This document shows positions 61,267 to 64,000 of a stretch of DNA of 64,000 nt, piece by piece; the first letter of the stretch is position 1, and every line of letters begins with the position of its first letter. The stretch comes from an uncultured cyanobacterium (GTDB lineage: Bacteria; Cyanobacteriota; Cyanobacteriia; Phormidesmidales; Phormidesmidaceae): the NCBI GenBank assembly GCA_963793265.1, contig CAWBZI010000001.1, forward strand, positions 768,001 through 832,000, written 5' to 3'. A program made the position numbers and the translations under genes. The notes under the pieces were generated by a model. That model did not search any database. It saw nothing but the letters and a program-made list of their open reading frames with translations, and was not told where the DNA came from.

Positions 61267-63498
61267 ATGCGCCGTTTTCTAAAGCTGCCGTTTGCCCTTA
61301 AGTTTGGATTGACCATTTCAGCGATCGCTGCGGGCATGACCACCATCAGCGTATCGGTGCTCTATTCGCAAACCTATAACCTCTTAGTCAAGCAGTCTGT
61401 CGGCAGACTCAAAGACGTAGGCCAAACCAGCAGCTTCTTTTTAGACGACCCAGCCCAGGCAAGCATTCTCAGGCTCAAAGCGGCCACCGAAGCACAGGCT
61501 TTACCCGTTGCTGACGAAGCCCTAGCGGCCGAATCAGGTGAAACCATTGAGTCCCTTTCGACTGAAGACGCTGCGGCGCTCATGGCATCAGCAGACTTTC
61601 AGTTTTTAGTACAAACCATCCGCCGCATTGGCGAAGCCAGCCGTATCAAAATCGTTAGGCCCCTACCCACCTATCCTCAGCCGCCGCTCAACGAAAAAAC
61701 CAACCCCATCACCATCTCAGCCTACCTAATGGTCGAATGGCCAGAGTCGCCCGATCACAAGGTCGTCAAGTTTCTGGCCGATAGCCTCTACGAACCGAAA
61801 GGCGACTGGCCCGGTAACCCCATCGGCAATCTATACCGCATTCCCGACGACTCCTTTGCCAAGGCATTTGAAGGAGAGTCCCAAACCACCGCGACCTTTT
61901 ACACAGATGACCTGGGCACCTGGCTAAGTGCCGCCGTGCCGATTATGAATCAGCAGGGCGAAACGATTGCAGTGCTGGGGCTGGACTTAGATGCGACTGG
62001 CGAAGTGGCTTATATTCAGCAGCTCAAATGGATCTGTGTAGGGGCGGTGCTGGTAAGTTTGGTGCTCTCAAGCATGGTGGCCGTTGGGCTAGCGCGGTGG
62101 CTAGGCCCGCCCATTGCAGAGCTACAGGCGGGTGCAGAGCGCGTACAAAACTACGACTACAGCACGTTCGTGTCAGTCAAAAGTCCGAACGAGCTGAGGC
62201 GGTTGGCGGCTGCTTTTAACGCGATGGTAGAAGAAATTCGGTCTTATTCTATCTCTCTGGAAGCTCAAAATAAGGCGCTCGAAGCACGGGTGGCGCAAAG
62301 AACAGAGGAGCTGACGGAAACGCTTCAGGTGCTCAAGGCCACTCAGACCGAGCTACTGATTGAAAACGCACTGCTTAGAGAAGGTGAACAGCCCTCTAAA
62401 TATGACTATCAGGTGGGCGGCAGCTTACCTTTAGCAGCGCTCACCTATGTGGTTCGCCAGGCCGACCGACAGCTTTATCAGGCGCTAAGAAAAGGTCAGT
62501 ACTGCTATATATTTAACGCCCGGCAGATGGGCAAATCTAGCCTGCGCGTACAGATGATGCGACGCATGGAAATAGATGGTGCGGTTTGCGGCTCGATAGA
62601 TCTCTCGTCTATTGGCAACCGGCAAACGACTCAGGAGCAGTGGTACACCGGCTTTATGTACATACTGGCGGGCAGCTTGGGAATTCGAGAGCTAGTGAAT
62701 ACGAGAGCCTGGTGGAAAGACCACTTGTTTTTGCCGCCTGTGCAGCGACTGGGCGAATTTGTTAGCCAGGTTGTGCTGGCCAACATTCGCGAAAACATCG
62801 TGGTCTTCATAGATGAAGTAGACAGCGTGATGAGCCTTGGCTTTGAGATTGACGATTTTTTTATCTGGCTTCGCACCTGTTTTAATCAGAGGGCTGAATG
62901 GCCGCAGTATCAGCGCATTACCTTCGTGCTATTAGGCGTTGCGACACCCTCTCAGTTCATGAAAGATGCAAATCGTACGCCCTTTAATGTAGGTCAGGCG
63001 ATCAGGCTCAACGGCTTTCAACTGCACGAAGCGCATCCGCTTTTGCAAGGGTTTTCAGAAAAGATAGCGCGCCCTCAGCGGGTGCTTAGCCAAATTCTGG
63101 CCTGGACGGGCGGACAGCCATTTTTGTCTCAGAAAGTTTGCCTGATTATTAGAGCCGCGGACGTAGCGATTCCTGAAGGAGAAGAAGCGGCGGTTGTAGA
63201 AGAGTTGGTGCGGCAGCAAATTATTAGCCATTGGGAAACCAAAGACGACCCTGAGCATTTGCGGACTGTACGCGATCGCATTCTCAGCCCGCGCACACCC
63301 ACTCAGCCTATGCTAAAGATCTACAAACAGCTCTTATCTTCTGAACCTGTTATCGCTGACGACAGCATTGCCCAAACCGAGCTACAGCTGTCGGGTTTAG
63401 TGATCAGGCAGGGCAGCGATCTTAAAATCGCTAACCGACTTTACGCTACGGTTTTTGATCTCGCCTGGGTCAATAGAATGCTGGCGCAGACTGCATAA
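61267..63498 (+). CDS. TM - extracytoplasmic (Cache-like) sensor - TM - HAMP - AAA_35 NTPase
   Basis: Two TMs, [17 protein letters not shown] ([18 protein letters not shown]), [43 protein letters not shown]. Confidence 0.87.
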   Translation: MRRFLKLPFALKFGLTISAIAAGMTTISVSVLYSQTYNLLVKQSVGRLKDVGQTSSFFLDDPAQASILRLKAATEAQALPVADEALAAESGETIESLSTEDAAALMASADFQFLVQTIRRIGEASRIKIVRPLPTYPQPPLNEKTNPITISAYLMVEWPESPDHKVVKFLADSLYEPKGDWPGNPIGNLYRIPDDSFAKAFEGESQTTATFYTDDLGTWLSAAVPIMNQQGETIAVLGLDLDATGEVAYIQQLKWICVGAVLVSLVLSSMVAVGLARWLGPPIAELQAGAERVQNYDYSTFVSVKSPNELRRLAAAFNAMVEEIRSYSISLEAQNKALEARVAQRTEELTETLQVLKATQTELLIENALLREGEQPSKYDYQVGGSLPLAALTYVVRQADRQLYQALRKGQYCYIFNARQMGKSSLRVQMMRRMEIDGAVCGSIDLSSIGNRQTTQEQWYTGFMYILAGSLGIRELVNTRAWWKDHLFLPPVQRLGEFVSQVVLANIRENIVVFIDEVDSVMSLGFEIDDFFIWLRTCFNQRAEWPQYQRITFVLLGVATPSQFMKDANRTPFNVGQAIRLNGFQLHEAHPLLQGFSEKIARPQRVLSQILAWTGGQPFLSQKVCLIIRAADVAIPEGEEAAVVEELVRQQIISHWETKDDPEHLRTVRDRILSPRTPTQPMLKIYKQLLSSEPVIADDSIAQTELQLSGLVIRQGSDLKIANRLYATVFDLAWVNRMLAQTA

Positions 63499-63520
63499 CC
63501 ATAGGGTTGTAGCGACAGAA

Positions 63521-63592
63521 CTTACGTTGCCTTACATCAGCTTACGTAACTTCTTACTTATCTTTCTTCTAACTTCCTAAAAGTCGGTGGAT
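63521..63592 (+). promoter_or_regulatory. Phased CTTAC repeats plus 36-bp element, copy 2
   Basis: CTTAC at 63521, 63531, 63541 and 63553; 63557-63592 matches 61157-61192. Confidence 0.5.
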
Positions 63593-63697
63593 TCGCTGAG
63601 TGCAAATCACCATACTGATACTCAAGTTCAGTCGCAAGCGCTCGCTAAGAAACGCCTGCACTTACAACAATTCAAAGCGTCGACGTTCCGACGAACC

Positions 63698-63730
63698 AAA
63701 GCACCGCCACTCAGTATGACGGTGCTTTTT
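63698..63730 (+). terminator. Rho-independent terminator (longer T-tract on the + strand)
   Basis: AAAGCACCG...CGGTGCTTTTT. Confidence 0.75.
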
Positions 63731-63743
63731 CTTATGAATTTCC

Positions 63744-64000
63744 CTAAGCAACCTGCCCCGTCGCCAGCCAAATCTGAGCGTTCACAGGTGCTTTTGCCCG
63801 AGACAACAACATTTTGAGCGCATTGCCCTCTAGCACTTCATTATCCAGCAGGTCTTTAGCCATCGTTTCAAGCAGGTTGCGATTCAGGTTGAGAATCGCG
63901 ATCGCAACCTCACGAGACTGATCGATAGACTGCTTCACCAGCCGGTCAATTTCCGCAGCAACCTCTCCACTCATGGCGCGTCGCGTACTGCCATTCTCTA
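63744..64000 (-). CDS. ftsH: 3' end of an FtsH-family protease (peptidase M41 tail)
   Basis: RRAMSGEVAAEIDRLVKQSID...NRNLLETMAKDLLDNEVLEG; frame open to the window edge. Confidence 0.75.
   Translation of the reverse strand, partial: ENGSTRRAMSGEVAAEIDRLVKQSIDQSREVAIAILNLNRNLLETMAKDLLDNEVLEGNALKMLLSRAKAPVNAQIWLATGQVA

Noticed and set aside
63611..63718. CATACTGA/TCAGTATG complementarity as an antiterminator
   Set aside because: Only 8 bp, no downstream + strand gene to regulate, and the 5' part coincides with the candidate -10 box
63587..63817. 76-aa + strand ORF
   Set aside because: It runs through a terminator, overlaps ftsH antisense and has no recognisable protein features

Overview
A 64-kb cyanobacterial chromosome segment. 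The evidence is petC-petA, ycf3 and very abundant HIP1 GCGATCGC sites; a Leptolyngbya/Phormidesmis-like lineage is only an inference. Core genes (GH57 branching enzyme, petCA, prs, rbp-rpsU, argG, argF, pepN-like, thiC, aspS, aroA, ycf3, gatC, ftsH 3' end) are interleaved with accessory modules. These include toxin-antitoxin-type pairs, an EEP-nuclease islet, and two paralogous clan GH-A glycosidases (one PEP-CTERM, one with DUF4347 plus four C-type lectin domains). There is also a GH9, a DUF1611/PLP-racemase pair, and a TPP riboswitch ahead of a damaged sodium:solute symporter and thiC. A type II R-M locus (C5 MTase, RHH regulator, SmaI-like endonuclease) carries a tandem duplication in each of its three genes. 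An NTPase signalling cluster lies at 54-63.7 kb. Strongest leads: (1) a divergent pair of AAA_35 NTPases, one fused to a membrane sensor plus HAMP and one to an HTH, with a repeated 36-bp promoter-like element and a candidate sRNA; (2) a G/T-to-C/A strand skew that flips at HIP1 sites; (3) the triply duplicated R-M locus, possibly an assembly artefact; (4) a pseudokinase-pseudo-VanY fusion. No tRNA, rRNA, CRISPR array or transposase was recognised. All family assignments come from motif recognition by eye, not from database searches.
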